A stretch of 64,000 nt of DNA from assembly GCA_963738315.1 (NCBI GenBank), contig CAVTVT010000004.1, positions 189,043 through 253,042 of the forward strand. The letters run 5' to 3'. The DNA is from Vicinamibacterales bacterium. GTDB lineage: Bacteria > Acidobacteriota > Vicinamibacteria > Vicinamibacterales > JAMQPK01. The notes beneath the pieces were generated by a model. The model did no database searches. It was not told where the DNA came from and saw nothing but the letters and a program-made list of their open reading frames with translations. Below, piece by piece: positions 19,902 through 33,033 of this stretch (position 1 is its first letter; each line of letters begins with the position of its first letter). A program made the position numbers and the translations under genes.

Positions 19902-21023
19902 ATGAGCCGATGGCAGCCTCTTGTTGCATGGATCCTTGCGGCGGTCGTGGTAGTCGGCGTCGGGCAGCGCGTCGGAACTCAGCAGGGCGGACCCGCGGCG
20001 AGCGGCCCGCCGCCCGGCGATACACCGATGATCGATCTCCTGGGGCGATTCACCGGGGCCGGCGTACCGGTGCTCGGTCCCTACGAGCCCGGTCCCACGC
20101 CGCGCAACTGGCCAGAGCCGGCCGGCACACCACCCGCTCTCCCCGGCCGCGGGCTGGCGCAGCACCCGATGCTGTACGCCGGCGAGGGCTACAACACCAT
20201 CTTCCTCGTGAGCGGGGGGAAGGTCATCTGGACCTACTCGGCCGGCCGGGGAGGCGAGATCGACGATGTCTGGCTGCTGAGCAATGGACACGTCCTGTAT
20301 GCGAAGCAGTTCAAGGTGGAAGAGATCACACCGCAGAAGGAGATCGTCTGGCGCTACGACGTCCCGCCCGGCACCGAGGTGCACAGCGCACAGCCGATCG
20401 GCCTCGACAAGGTCCTCCTGGTGCAGAACGGGCTTCCGCCGAAAGCCATCATCATCAACAAGACGACCGGCGCAGTGGAAATGGAGCACGCGCTTCCCGC
20501 CGAGAGCCTCACCGATCCGCGGACGGTCCACGCGCAATTCCGCCGCATCCGCATGACGGCCGGCGGCACGTATCTGCTGCCGTTCCTGCGCATGAACAGG
20601 GTCACCGAGTTCGACAAGGCGTTCAATCCCATCTGGACGTACGACATCCCGACGCCCTGGGCGGCCATCCGGCTCCGCAACGGCAATACGCTGATGGTGG
20701 CCGAGCACGAGCGTACGGTGCGGGAGGTGAATCCGGCCAGGCAGACGGTCTGGGAATTCACACCGGCGGATCTTCCTGCCGGCATCGTGTTTCACAACAT
20801 CCAGACGGCGGATCGGCTCGACAACGGCAACACGGTGATCTTCAGCTCGACCGGCGGCAGCACGCTCCAGGAGCGGCCGACAATCATCCAGGCTGTCGAG
20901 GTGACGCCGCAGAAGCAGGTCGTATGGGTCCTGCAGGATTGGAAGAACCTGGGACCGGCCACGACCGCGCAGTTCCTGGATCAGACAGGCATCCCCGAAC
21001 GTCCCGGGGCGCTGCAACACTAA
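19902..21023 (+). CDS. Secreted beta-propeller-like hypothetical protein
   Basis: N-terminal TM/signal MSRWQPLVAWILAAVVVVGV and repeated ...VW.Y.../NGN-type blades. The start was chosen at the internal ATG of ORF 19341..21023. Confidence 0.6.
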   Translation: MSRWQPLVAWILAAVVVVGVGQRVGTQQGGPAASGPPPGDTPMIDLLGRFTGAGVPVLGPYEPGPTPRNWPEPAGTPPALPGRGLAQHPMLYAGEGYNTIFLVSGGKVIWTYSAGRGGEIDDVWLLSNGHVLYAKQFKVEEITPQKEIVWRYDVPPGTEVHSAQPIGLDKVLLVQNGLPPKAIIINKTTGAVEMEHALPAESLTDPRTVHAQFRRIRMTAGGTYLLPFLRMNRVTEFDKAFNPIWTYDIPTPWAAIRLRNGNTLMVAEHERTVREVNPARQTVWEFTPADLPAGIVFHNIQTADRLDNGNTVIFSSTGGSTLQERPTIIQAVEVTPQKQVVWVLQDWKNLGPATTAQFLDQTGIPERPGALQH

Positions 21024-21044
21024 AGCGGCAATCGAGACCGGCGC

Positions 21045-21080
21045 GGCCGATCCGGAGGCGAGGCGCCCTCCGGGCCGGCC
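21045..21080. terminator. GC-rich hairpin between convergent genes
   Basis: ggccgatccggagg - 8-nt loop - cctccgggccggcc. No T tract. Confidence 0.3.
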
Positions 21081-21092
21081 TGATCTGCGGGT

Positions 21093-24063
21093 TCAGAACC
21101 TCATCTGGAAGGCGATCCGCGGCAGTCTTCCCATCAGAATCGAGTTGACGCGTCCGAGCGAGCCGCCGACGGAATCGGTGGTCGAGAAGATCGTGTTGTT
21201 ATTGAACAGGTTGAACACGTCGACCTGAAACGTGAAGAGCTTCCGGCCGCTGCGGAAGTTCTTCTTGAAGTTCACGTCCACCTGGTTCCACCGCTCCTGA
21301 TACAGCGAGCCCGGCTCGTTGAGCACGATCGTCTGCGATTGGGTGCGGCCTCCCGGGAACAGGCTCGACGGCACGCCGTACGTGATCACCCGTTCGAGAC
21401 CGGGGAAGCTCTGCACGACGGCAGCGAAGTCCACCCCGGCCGGCAGCGGCAGGTTGCCGGCCACCTTGAACTCGTGCTTGAACGGGATGCTGAACTGCCG
21501 CTGATCGCAGAACCGGCCGCCCTGCGCTACCGGCCTGCCCTGGTAGAGGTCGCCGGTCGTCGGGCCGTTGGGGTTGTCGTTCGAGTCGCAGAAGTACGAC
21601 AGGTTGTGCTCGGCGGTCCAGCTGCCGAACAGCATCGCGCGGCCGAACGGCCGCATGCTGAACGACACTTCGGTGCCGGTGTAGTACGAGCGGTTCGTGC
21701 TGCTGCTCCGGTCGATCAGCGCCTTGTTGTAGACGCCGTTCTTTTCCTTCTTGAGGTTGTAGACCGTGAGCACCTCGTCCGGGTCCAGCACCCCCGTCAG
21801 CGTTGGATCGTTCGAGAAATCGGGCATCGGGATGGTGAAGGGTGTGTAGTCGTCGAGCGAGATCAGCGACCGATCCATGAGCTCGATCTCGTAAATCGTC
21901 CGCTTGTAGAGCATGGCGCCGATGGCCAGCCGCGGCAGCACCTGGTGCTGTACGCCGGCTGTGAACTCGGTGTTGTACTGCCGGTTCAGCCCCACAGGAT
22001 TCCGGTCGGCCCGTTCTCCGAAGGTGTCGGTGCCGGTGCCGATCTCGTTGTCCTGAGCGATGCCGTCGTTGTCGGTCGGCTTGGCAATGCCCGACCGCGT
22101 GCCGACGGTGCCCGGCACGAGATCGACGTCGAACCAGTTCCGGTTCTCGCTGCGCAGTCCGGCGTCGGCGTATCGCGCCGCCGGGTCCGCGTCGTACTGG
22201 CGATGGTACTTGCTGGCGCTGAACTTGAGGGCGGTGCGGCCGTCGCCGAACAGGTCGTACACGGCGCTGAACCGCGGCGCGTAGTCCGGTCCCCACCGGA
22301 TGAGCCCCTGCTGCGCCGGAAAGAACCGCGCCGGTGCAAAGCGGCCGGCAGGCGCGCCCGTCTCGCGCATGCCGGCGCTGAACCACTCGATGCGCAGGCC
22401 CGGGTTGACCGTCAACCGCTTCAGCGTCCAGGAGTCCTGCACGAACAGCGCCGCGTCGTACTCGACAATCGCGGGCGCGTCGAGCGGCGTGTTGTACACC
22501 GTGACGGAACTCGGCTTGTTGTTCTGGTAGTTCAACCGGATGTCGCCGTTGTACTCGTTCGCCATGCGCCCGTCAGGGCCGATCTCGTGCGTATAGCCGA
22601 ACCTGACGTTGTGCGTGCCGGTCACATATGAGATGCGCCCATCGAACACATGGCGTGTGTTGTCCTGGCGCTGGCTCAGCCGCGACATCCACTGCGTGCA
22701 GCCGAAGTCGTACGCGCAGTCGAAATTCACGTTGAGCGCCGTGTCGGTCTTTTCGGCGTACTGATACCACTCGGGCGTGCCCCGCTCCTTGAGCCGGCCG
22801 GTGGCCGGCCCGCCCAGCCAGTCGAAGCTCGTCCACGAATAGCCGCCTTCGACCAGCCAATGCGCGGTCAGAGGCGCGGTCCACTTCAGGTTCCCGACCG
22901 TGTGATGCGCGTGATGCGGGTCGCGGAACTGGCCGGAGCGCGGGTCGCCGCCGTACGAGAACGTCTTGCCCTTCCGCTTCCACCAGCGCTGAACGAAGCC
23001 GGCGATCTTGTGCTTCTGGGCGGCCTGCCAGGTGAGCCGCAGGGAGGGACCGCGTACGTACGTGTCGATGTACGAGTTGATGACCTCGCCGTCCGGGGCG
23101 ACGATCTGCACGGGAACGTCGGCCACGATTTCGTCCGACGACTGGTGGCGCGCCGTCATCAGCCACCACAAGCGATCCTTCACGATGGGGCCGCCGAGCG
23201 AGGCGGCGAACATGTGGATGTGCTTGACGCCGTTGGCGCTCCGGATGTCCGCGGGCGCGCAGCGCGGCGTCGATATTGTTGCTCTGCCAGTCGCCGCTGC
23301 TGAAGCCGAGGAACGCCGAGCCGCTGTACACGTTCCCGCCGTCCTTCAGGATGCTGTTCAGCCGGATGCCGCCGCCGGAGGTGTCGGCCGGGATGGCGCT
23401 CGTCATCACCGTGATCTCCGACTGCAGCATGTCGTCGAAGTAGCTCTGCGACGCGCCTTCCAGGCTCTGAATCGACATGCCTTCGACGAGCTGCTCGGCA
23501 TCGTTGCCCGCGAGGCCGTGCGCACGCAGTCCCACCTGCTCGGTCATGCGGGATCCGCCGATGTCCGGCGTGCTCTGGCGGACGCCGGCCGACAGCACAC
23601 CAATCGACATCACGTTGCGCGACACCGGCAGCGTGTCGATCGCGTCGCGCGAGATCGTCTGCGTGCGAGAGGCCTGCTGCACGTCCACCTGCGGCGCCTG
23701 GCCGGAGACGGTGACGGTCTCCTCGAGCGCCCCGACCTTCATTTCGGTGTTCACGGTCGCCATGAAGTCGGCCGGCAAATCGATGCGGTCCCGGACGACG
23801 GTGCTGAACCCGGCGAGCGTGAAGGTGACCGAGTACACGCCGGGACGGAGCGCGTCGAGCCGATACCGCCCCTGGCCGTCGCTCACCGTGGTCCTCGATT
23901 GCTCGATCAGCGCCGGGCTGGCCGCGGTCACCGTCACCCCTGGTAGCGCGGCCCCGGATTCATCTCTGACCTGGCCGACGATGGCCGCCTGGGCCAGCGC
24001 GAGCGTTGGAACGAACAGGAGCCACGCTGCCGCTCCGATTCCAGCGCGCATTGTCTTTCGCAT
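21093..24063 (-). CDS. TonB-dependent receptor with N-terminal CarboxypepD_reg domain (frame broken near 23248)
   Basis: Signal peptide + IVGQVRDESGAALPGVTVTA...GRYRLDALRPGVYSVTFTLAGF + plug + barrel ending ...AFQMRF. ORFs join as ...ALRARG/IRSANGVKHIHMFAASLGGPIVKDRLWW. Confidence 0.85.
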
Positions 24064-24407
24064 ACATCCCTCCAGACGGACGACCGAATCGCATTCCGCT
24101 CCTTCGACGGCGCGCACCGCCCCTGGCAGCCGGACCGCTCGGTGCCGACACGAGCGGCGTCCAGCGGGCGCCAGGTTCGATTAGGAGAGGGTTGAGAGAT
24201 GCGATGGTCGGGGATAGACAGGACCGGGTCAATCCCGTCTCGGCACGAAAGTCAGCGCTGGCGTGACGGATGCAGGGGAAGGAATGGCCAGTAGCAGGCG
24301 CGGATCTTCGTGTGTATGGAGAGCGGGGCGCGTCAGCGAGCTGCGGCGTGAGCGCGCCGCGGCGTGACCGATGGACGGCAGGGCGGATCCACCTCGCGGC
24401 AGCGAGG

Positions 24408-24484
24408 TGGTGCGCCCTGCAGGACTCGAACCTGCGGCCTCCTGGTTCGTAGCCAGACGCTCTATCCAACTGAGCTAAGGGCGC
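24408..24484 (-). tRNA. tRNA-Arg (anticodon ACG), CCA encoded
   Basis: Reverse complement GCGCCCT-TA-GCTC-AGTTGGATA-GAGC-G-TCTGG-CTACGAA-CCAGG-AGGCC-GCAGG-TTCGAGT-CCTGC-AGGGCGC-A-CCA. Confidence 0.9.
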
Positions 24485-24627
24485 GACGAGAACGACCCTT
24501 AACTCTAACACAGACCGAAACCTGGACTTCGCGGCGAACGGACGGTCCGACGGGCGCGAAGGCAGACACGCGGGCCGCCGATCGCCCACGAGGCGACCGC
24601 CGGCCCGCGCAAATCCGATGCTGTCGA

Positions 24628-27600
24628 TCAGAACACGAACTTCAGCCCCACCTGCACCTCGCGCATCGGCTTCCGCGTGCTCGTGATGGTGCCGAACGTG
24701 TTCGGGTTCGACATCGACGTGTTCGGATCGTTCCACACCGGCTGGTTGAAGACGTTGAACGCCTCCAGCCGGAACTGGATGCTCCGAGTGCCGCCGAATC
24801 GGAAGTTGCGGATGATCGACGAGTCGAAGTTGAAGATACCCGGCCCGATGACGATGTTGCGTGGCGCGGCGCCGTAGACGTATTGATCGTTGCGGACGAA
24901 GGCGTCGGTGTTGAACCACTCGTCGATCGTCTTCGGACCGTTGTTGGGATCCTGTCCGGCGACGAGGTTCGGGCGGTCATAGCCGGCGCCCGTATTGGTG
25001 CGATCCGATCCGCTCGTGACATTCCGAGGAAAGCCGCTCGACACGCTCGTGATCGTGGTCACTTGCCAGCCGCCGAGAACCGCCGCGCCGACGCCGGACT
25101 GCAGATGCGATTTGCCTTCGCCGAATGGCAGCTCGTAGAGCACCGATACGCCAGCGCGGTGCCGCGCGTCGAAGACCGACAGTCCCCACTCACACTCGAA
25201 GCAGTTGCTGTTCTGCGGGAACAAGGGGTCGCCACCCAGGGTACGGATACCGCTGCCGTTGTCTCGCGACTTCGAGAACGTATAGCCGGCGAGCAGAGAG
25301 AAGCCGTTCTCGAGGCGGCGGGTCAGTTTGATCGCCAGCGAGTTGTACCGGGACTCCGCCACGTTGCCGATCTCTTGAATCTTCGAGAACTCGGGATAGG
25401 GCCGCCGGGTGGTGACCAGGCCGGGACCTGGCGTCACCTCGTTGCCGTCGAACATGCGCTCGAGGCGGTAGCTGCGCGAGCCGAGGTAGCCGACCTCCAG
25501 TGCCGTCGATCGGTTGAGCTCGCGCTGGATGTTGAAGACATACTGGATCATGTACGGCGTCTTTCGATCGTACATGTTGCCAAGCACATAGTGCTGGGTG
25601 ATGCAGACCAGCGGCGCCGCCACACCGCAGGCGTTCGAGGTGCCGCCGCCGATGAACGGGCTCCCCCAAGTCAGCGTGGTGTCGGCGTTCCCCAGGTTCG
25701 CCGTATCCTGCCGGCGGCCGGCCGCGTTGCGCGCCATGTCGAACCGCGGGTTGCCGGTGTCCTGCATGAAGAAGACGCCGGCGCCCGCGCGGATCGACCA
25801 CGCGGAGCTCGGCGTGTACGCCCATCCGAATCGCGGCGCGAAGTTCTTCTTGTCGTCCGCGATCAGTCGGTCGCCCATGCGCCCGTCGCGGGCGGTCTGG
25901 ATGGCCGGGTTGAAGCGGATCGGCGAGTCCTCGTAGAAGTCCCCCTCCCCAATCCGCACCAGCGTGGGATGCCGCGCCGGGTCCGCCACCGGTCCGCCGG
26001 TGTCCCGGTACGGCAGGGAGGCGTTCATCAAGGTGCCGCTCTTGTCCAGCCACGGCGGCGTGTATTCGTATCGCAGGCCCATATCGAGCGTCATGTCGCC
26101 GCGCAGCCGCCAGGTATCCGTAAAGTAGTACGACTGGCTGAGCGCGCGGAACTGTGTGACGGCCAAGGCGACCGACAATTCCGACTGACGCATGTAGCCG
26201 AGCAGGAAGTCGGCGAACGCGTTAGGGCCCGGAACCGGAGCCGTGCCCCCCATGGTTCCCGTCGCCCTGCCGTCGAACGAGAAGCCGCCGCGCGGGAACT
26301 GGTTGCCCACCTGGTTGAACTGGTCGGCGCGGATCTCCGCCCCGACTTTGAACGAGTGCTGGCCCCGAATCCATGACAGGTTGTCGATGAACTGCAGGGC
26401 ATGATTGCGATTCGTGTATGGGCCCTCCGTGCTGTCCCCGAATCCGTCGAACCCCGTGATGCCCACGCTCGGAATGCCCCACGCCTCGGGCGGAATCTTC
26501 ACCGTCCCCGGGACGTTCAGCTCCGAGACCACGTCGCGCACGAACGCCAACTCGCGGCCGTACGTGTTGAAGAAGTAGTTGTAACCGAACCGGAACTCGT
26601 TGACCACGGTCGGCGTCAGCGTCCGCGTGTTGCCGATCATCACCTGGTGTTCGTGGTTGAGCAGCTTCGTGCCGTTCAGCTTGAGAGCCGGCTGGATTTC
26701 GTCCTCACGCCCGTAGCTGTAGCGACCCATGAAGGTCGACGAGGCGCTCTGGACGAAGTCGATCCGCTGCGTGAACTGGTTCTTGTTGATCACCCGGTTC
26801 TGGATCGACAGGTAGTTGTTGACCGTGGCTCCCGGCACGGTCGGGCCCGGATAGAACTCCAGCAGTTTCTTCGAGGTGGGATTCACCCGGTTGGCGGGAA
26901 TCTGATTCCCCGGGAACGTGTCGCAGACCCGGCTGCCGCCGCCCAACGTGCAGCTTGCGGGATCGATCAGCGGCGCCGAGAGCGAGGAAAAATCGCCAGC
27001 CCGCATCGCATCGGTCGGCACGTCGTACAGATTCTGGAACTGCTTGCGGTCCTTGTAGCCCTCGAAGTTCGACATGAAGAACAGCTTGTTGGTCCAGATC
27101 GGTCCGCCGGCGGTGTAGCCGGTACTGGTTCCACTTGAACGGCGCCTTCGGCGCGGCCGCCTGCGAGGCCGTGAAGGCGTAGGGGCGCGCGTCGAGCGCA
27201 TCGTTGCGGAGGAACTCGAAGATCGTCCCGTGCAGCGAGTTCGTGCCCGACTTGGTGACAACGTTCACCTGGCTCGCCGCGCGTCCGAACTCGGCCGAGT
27301 AGACGCCAGTCTGCACCTTGAACTCTTCGAGCGCGTCGACCGACGGCAGGAAGATGTAGGTGTTGAAGTTGACGTCCGTATTGTCGACCCCGTCCAGCGT
27401 AAAGTTATTGAACTCCCGCCGCTGACCGGCGACCGACAGCTGCTGATTGGCGCGCGTTCCACCCTGCCGGCTCCCGGCCTGGCCCGCATTCGCGAACTCC
27501 GCGCTGACGTTCGGGCTGAGCGCCACGAGCTGCAGGTAGTTGCGGCCGTTGAGCGGCAGCTCGACGATCCGCCGGTTCTCGATGACGGTGCCGACCGTGG

Positions 27601-27979
27601 CGTTCTCCGTCGTGATGAGCGGCGCCACACCGGTCACCATCGTCGTCTCCGACACCGTGCCGATCTCGAGGCCGAAATCGACCCGCAGCGTCTGCTCGAC
27701 GTGCAGCTCGGCCGGCAGCGTGCTCGTCTTGAACCCCTGCAGCTCGGCTTTCACCGAATAATTGCCGGGCGGCAGCGCCGGAAAGCTGTAGATGCCGGAC
27801 GCATTGGTCTGCACCCCGCGCGCGGCGTTGGTGCCGTTGTTCGTGACCGTGACCGTGACGCCGGGGATGACCGCCCCCGACGAGTCCTTCACCGCACCCG
27901 TGATGGTCCCGAGCGTCTGCGCGACGCCGGGCGCGCAGAGCAGCAGCCAGACGAACCCCGTAAGCAGGCCTCGATACAT
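24628..27979 (-). CDS. TonB-dependent receptor with CarboxypepD_reg domain, tandem paralogue A (frame broken at 27119-27122)
   Basis: MYRGLLTGFVWLLLCAPGVAQTLGTITGAVKDSSGAVIPGVTVTV.... ORFs join as ...PFKWNQY/GYTAGGPIWTNKLFF.... C-terminal ...VGLKFVF. Confidence 0.85.
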
Positions 27980-28381
27980 GACGATCTCCTTCTGAGGGAA
28001 ACGGCGCAACCCGGGCGAGAGCCGACGCGATATCCACACGGCAGCGTGCCTCCTACCGGAAACTGGGATATCTCACGACTGAAAAGGTGGCTGATTCTGC
28101 TGGTGTGCTGCTCTGGCGAACATCCTGTCCGGGCTGTAATTGCGCTCCAGACAATCAGGACGCACGAAGAGCGCCCTCCGGGAGTTCCGTCCCCGGCGGA
28201 AATCCCCGTAAGGAACCGCTTGCCTGAGCGGCGTCGAGGCGGGAGCGAAGAAGAATTCCTGGAGGAAGCCGCCCCCAGGCATCATGTCCAGTCGGGATGG
28301 AGCGCCCGTGGAGCTGAACGAGAAGCGGCCGGCGCTTGCCTCAGCGGCAATCGCCGGCCGTGGTCAGAGCGAGGAAGCTGA

Positions 28382-31300
28382 CTAGAAGACGAACTTCAAG
28401 CCGACCTGCACTTCGCGCATCGGCTTTCTGGTGCTGGTGATGGTGCCGAAGTTCGCCAGGTTCGACATCGACCCGTTGGGATCGTTCCAGTTCGGCTGGT
28501 TGAACACGTTGAACGCCTCCAGCCGGAACTGAGCGCTCTTGCTGCCGGCGAACCTGAAGTTGCGGATGATCGACGAGTCGAAGTTGAAGATCCCCGGTCC
28601 GAAGATGGAGTTCCGCGGCGCGTTGCCGTAGGCGAGCTGATCGTTGAGCACGAACGCGTCGGTGTTGAACCACTCGTCGATCGTCTTCGGGCCGTTGTTG
28701 GGATCCTGTCCGGCGACGAGGTTCGGGCGGTCATAGCCGGCGCCCGTATTGGTGCGATCCGATCCGCTCGTCACGTTGCGCGGGAACCCGCTCGACAGGC
28801 CGGCGATCACGGTCACCTGCCAGCCGCCCAGGATGGCCGCTCCCGGGCCCGTCTGCATCCAGGGCTTGCCTTCGCCGAACGGCAGCTCGTAGAGCACCGA
28901 CGCGCCGCCCCGATGCCGCACGTCGAAGATCGACAGCCCCCACTCACACTCGAAGCAGTTGCTGTTCTGCGGGAACAGCGGGTCGCCGCCCAGCGTGCGG
29001 ATGCCGCTGCCGTTGTCGCGCGACTTCGAGAACGTATAGCCGCCCAGGAACGAGAATCCGTTCTCGAGCCTGCGGGTCAGCTTGATCGCCAGCGAGTTGT
29101 ACCGTGCTTCGGCGACGTTGCCGATCTCCTGGATTTTGGAGAACTCCGGGTAGGGCCGCCGCGTTGTGACCGCACCGGAGCCCGGCGTGACCTCGTTGGC
29201 GTCGAACATCCGCTCGAGGCGGTAGCTGCGTGAGCCGAGGTACCCAACCTCCAGCGCGGTGGACCTGCCCAGCTCGCGCTGCACGTTGAAGAGGTACTGC
29301 ACCATGTACGGGGTCTTGCGGTCGTACAGGTTGCCGAGCACGTAGTGCTGCGTGATGCAGACCAATGGTGCAGTCACGCCGCACGCGTTGCTCGTGCCGC
29401 CGCCGATGAACGGGCTGCTCCAGGTCAGCGTGGCATTGGGATCCAGCAGATTGGCCGTGTCCTGCCGGCGGCCCGCGGCGTTGCGCGCCATGTCGAAGCG
29501 CGGATTCCCGGTGTCCTGCATGAAGAATACGCCGGCGCCGGCACGAATGGACCATTGCGAGCTCGGGGTGTACGCCCATCCGACGCGAGGGGCGAAGTTC
29601 TTCTTGTCATCGGCGATCAGTCGGCCGCCCAGCGTGCCGTCGCGAGCTGTCTGAATCGCCGGGTTGAACCGGATGGGGAAATTCTCGTAGAAGTCCCCCT
29701 CTCCGATTCGCACCAGCACGGGATGCCGTGCCGGGTCCGCCACCGGTCCCCCCGTGTCGTGGTACGGCAGGTAGGCATTGATGAGCGTTCCGCTCTTGTC
29801 GAGCCACGGCGGAGTGTATTCGTAGCGCAGGCCGAGGTCGAAGGTCATGTCGCCGCGCACGCGCCACGTGTCGGTGAAATAGTACGCCTGGCTCAGGGCG
29901 CGGAACTGGGTTACCGCCAGGGCGACGGAGAGCTCGGTCTGGCGCATGTACCCCAGCAGGAAGTCCGCAAACGAATTTCCCGGTGCGGCGGTCGTTCCGG
30001 CCGGCGCCGTTGCCGTGCCATTGAACGAGAAGCTGCCCCGCGGGAACTGGTTGCCCACCTGATTGAACTTGTCGTATCGGATCTCGCCGCCCACCTTGAA
30101 CGAGTGCTTGCCGCGGATCCAGGACACGTTGTCGATGAACTGGAAGGCGTGGTTCTTGTTCGTGTATGGGCCTTCCGTGCTGTCGCCGAAGCCGCTGAAG
30201 CCAGTGAGATTGACACTCGGAATGCCCCACGCCTCCGGCGGAATGGACACAGTGCCCGGAATCTTGAGCTCCGAAAGGACGTCGCGCACGAACGCCAGCT
30301 CGCGGCCGTAGGTGTTGAAGAAGTAGTTGTACCCGAAACGGAACTCGTTGACGACCGTCGGCGTCAGCGTGCGCGTGTTGCCGATCATCACCTGGTGCAC
30401 GTGGTTGAGCAGCTTCGATCCGTTCAGCTTCAAATTCGGCTGAAGCTCATCTTCACGGCCGTAGCTGTACCGGCCCATGTAGGTGGACGCCGCGTTTTGC
30501 ACGTAATCGATACGCTGAGTGAACTGGTTCTTGTTGATGACTCGATTCTGAATCGACAGCAGGTTGTTGACCGTGGCCCCCGGCACGGTCGGCCCAGGAT
30601 AGAACTCCAGCAGCTTGGTCGACAGCGGATCGATCCGATTCGCCGGAATCTTGTTGTCGGGGAAGGCCTGGCACGTCGTGCGCGCCGCACCGATGCAGGT
30701 CGCCGGATCGATCAGCGGCTGGGAAAGCGCCGAGAAGTCACCGGCCCGCATCGCGTCGGTCGGCACATTGAAGAGGTTCTGGAACTGCTTGCGGTCCTTG
30801 TAGCCCTCGAAGTTCGACATGAAGAACAGCTTGTTGGTCCAGATCGGTCCGCCGGCGGTGTAGCCGGTACTGGTTCCACTTGAACGGCGCCTTCGGCGCG
30901 GCCGCCTGCGAGGCCGTGAAGGCGTAGGGGCGCGCGTCGAGCGCATCGTTGCGGAGGAACTCGAAGATCGTCCCGTGCAGCGAGTTCGTGCCCGACTTGG
31001 TGACAACGTTCACCTGGCTCGCCGCGCGTCCGAACTCGGCCGAGTAGACGCCCGTTTGCACCTTGAACTCTTCGAGCGCGTCCACCGACGGCAGGAAGAT
31101 GTAGGTGTTGAAGTTGACGTCCGTATTGTCGACGCCGTCCAGCGTAAAGTTGTTGAACTCCCGCCGCTGACCGGCGACCGACAACTGCTGATTCGCCCGC
31201 GTGCCGCCCTGGCGGCTGCCCGCCTGCCCGGCATCCGCAAATTCCGCGCTCACGTTGGGACTGAGCGCGACGAGCTGCAGGTAATTGCGGCCGTTGAGCG

Positions 31301-31724
31301 GCAGCTCCACGATGCGCCGGTTCTCGATGACGGTGCCGACCGTGGCGTTCTCCGTTGTGATGAGCGGCGCCACACCGGTGACCATCGTGGTCTCCGACAC
31401 CGTGCCGATCTCGAGGCCGAAGTCCACCCGCAGCGTCTGCTCGACGTGCAGCTCGGCCGGCAGCGTGCTCGTCTTGAATCCCTGCAGCTCGGCCTTCACC
31501 GAGTAGTTGCCGGGAGGCAGTGCCGGAAAGCTGTAGATACCCGACGCATTGGTCTGCACGTCGCGCGCGGCATTCATGCCGGTGTTGGTCACCGTGACCG
31601 TCACACCGGGGATCACCGCCCCGGACGAGTCTTTCACCACACCCGTGATGGTCCCGAGGGTCTGCGCAAAGGCAGGCGCGCAGAGCAGGAGCCAGACGAA
31701 CCCCGCAAACAGGCTTCGACGCAT
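28382..31724 (-). CDS. TonB-dependent receptor with CarboxypepD_reg domain, tandem paralogue B (frame broken at 30864-30867)
   Basis: MRRSLFAGFVWLLLCAPAFAQTLGTITGVVKDSSGAVIPGVTVTV.... It has the same junction sequence and the same extra base as paralogue A. Confidence 0.85.
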
Positions 31725-31964
31725 GGCAGTCTCCTTGGTGAGGGGAACGGAGCGACGAGGGAATCGATACCCGTACCACGGCATGCGCACCTCATACCGG
31801 ATTCCTAGGATATCTGACGGACGGAGGATGGAAGATTAGGCCCGCCGAGACTGGACGTCAAGCGGATTCTGACGAAAAATCATGGCAAAACAGGAGTCCG
31901 CAGCGGTCCGGCGCGAGCGCGCCGGCCGCTGCGGAATGCGATCCAGAAGGTCGGATAGACGACG

Positions 31965-32939
31965 TTACCAGGGCAGCTGGCGCTTCGTGAATTTCCGACC
32001 GATTTCGGTCGCCTGCGGGCTGGCCGGTCCGATCCGTACGCCTTCTTGGATTTCGGCGACGACGTTCTCCGGATTCATGGATTCGAGAAAAAAGATCTTG
32101 TGTGCCTTCGTCGCCGCGAAGACGCGGTTGCGCGCGTTCCGCATCTCGGGCGACTGAGCCGCATTGCGTCCCATCACGCCGAGCGACAACGCCATGTCGC
32201 CCGGACCCCACTCGGCGAATGCAATGCCCGGCACCTCGAGGTTGGCTTCGGCGTTCGCCAGCGCGTACTTGTCCTCGAGCTTCAGTCCGAGCACGAGCTC
32301 GCCATTGGGATTGAGCGGCCAGACGTCGGCTTTCTGGTTGTACTCCTCCGGCGTGATGCCCCAGATCGGCGCCGCCGTGGGACTGCCGTGCGCCCCGCGG
32401 CGTCCTTCGCTGAGCCCGGCGCCCACACCCTCCTTGTGGATGGGCAGCCGCACGGCCTCGACGAACGCACGCACCGCGCCGGGGTCGTCAGCATGACAGA
32501 GGAGAATGCCGTGCACGCCCGTCGCGAGCACCTGCTGGAACATCCAGGCATTGGCACGCACCGTGGCCGCGTCGATGCCATTGACCGGCACGTTGACGAT
32601 CACGGCGGGCGTCCGGTGGCCGCTCTTGGTCGGGCCGCCGGCCGCGAGCCCTTTCATGTACTCGGACAGCCCGTGCACGTCGAACGGCGCGTGCTCCATG
32701 TCGTAGCTGAGATAGTCAGCGTAGGTCTGGGCATCCGCCTTCCCCTGCTCGAAGGTGCCCGTCGTACCGCTGTGCGACCCGGTGTAATAGACCGGCTGAT
32801 CCTGCGACAGCAGCTCGATCACGCGGTTGATGTGCTTGGGCTTGGGCGCCGGCCCCTGCGCCCGGGCGACGACGCCGACGACGCCGACGACGAGAGCGAG
32901 AATAAGAGCCCCGGGCGAGGACGTCCTCATCTTCTTCAT
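31965..32939 (-). CDS. HpcH/HpaI aldolase / citrate-lyase-beta-like family protein with signal peptide
   Basis: 324-aa ORF. The layout DYLSYDMEHAPFD...GILLCHADD...EWGPGDM is reminiscent of HpcH-family TIM-barrel lyases. Confidence 0.5.
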   Translation of the reverse strand: MKKMRTSSPGALILALVVGVVGVVARAQGPAPKPKHINRVIELLSQDQPVYYTGSHSGTTGTFEQGKADAQTYADYLSYDMEHAPFDVHGLSEYMKGLAAGGPTKSGHRTPAVIVNVPVNGIDAATVRANAWMFQQVLATGVHGILLCHADDPGAVRAFVEAVRLPIHKEGVGAGLSEGRRGAHGSPTAAPIWGITPEEYNQKADVWPLNPNGELVLGLKLEDKYALANAEANLEVPGIAFAEWGPGDMALSLGVMGRNAAQSPEMRNARNRVFAATKAHKIFFLESMNPENVVAEIQEGVRIGPASPQATEIGRKFTKRQLPW

Positions 32940-33033
32940 ACGCTCAACCTCCCATTTCTGAAACGGAGGCGCCTAGCCTGCCTCCAATGGGCGCTGCGGG
33001 TCAAGCCGGGGCCGATTCAGCTACTATGACCAC

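Noticed and set aside
27119-27122. Programmed +1/-1 ribosomal frameshift conserved in both TBDR paralogues
   Set aside because: No slippery heptamer or downstream structure is evident. Identical context in recently duplicated DNA is explained more simply by a shared error or mutation.
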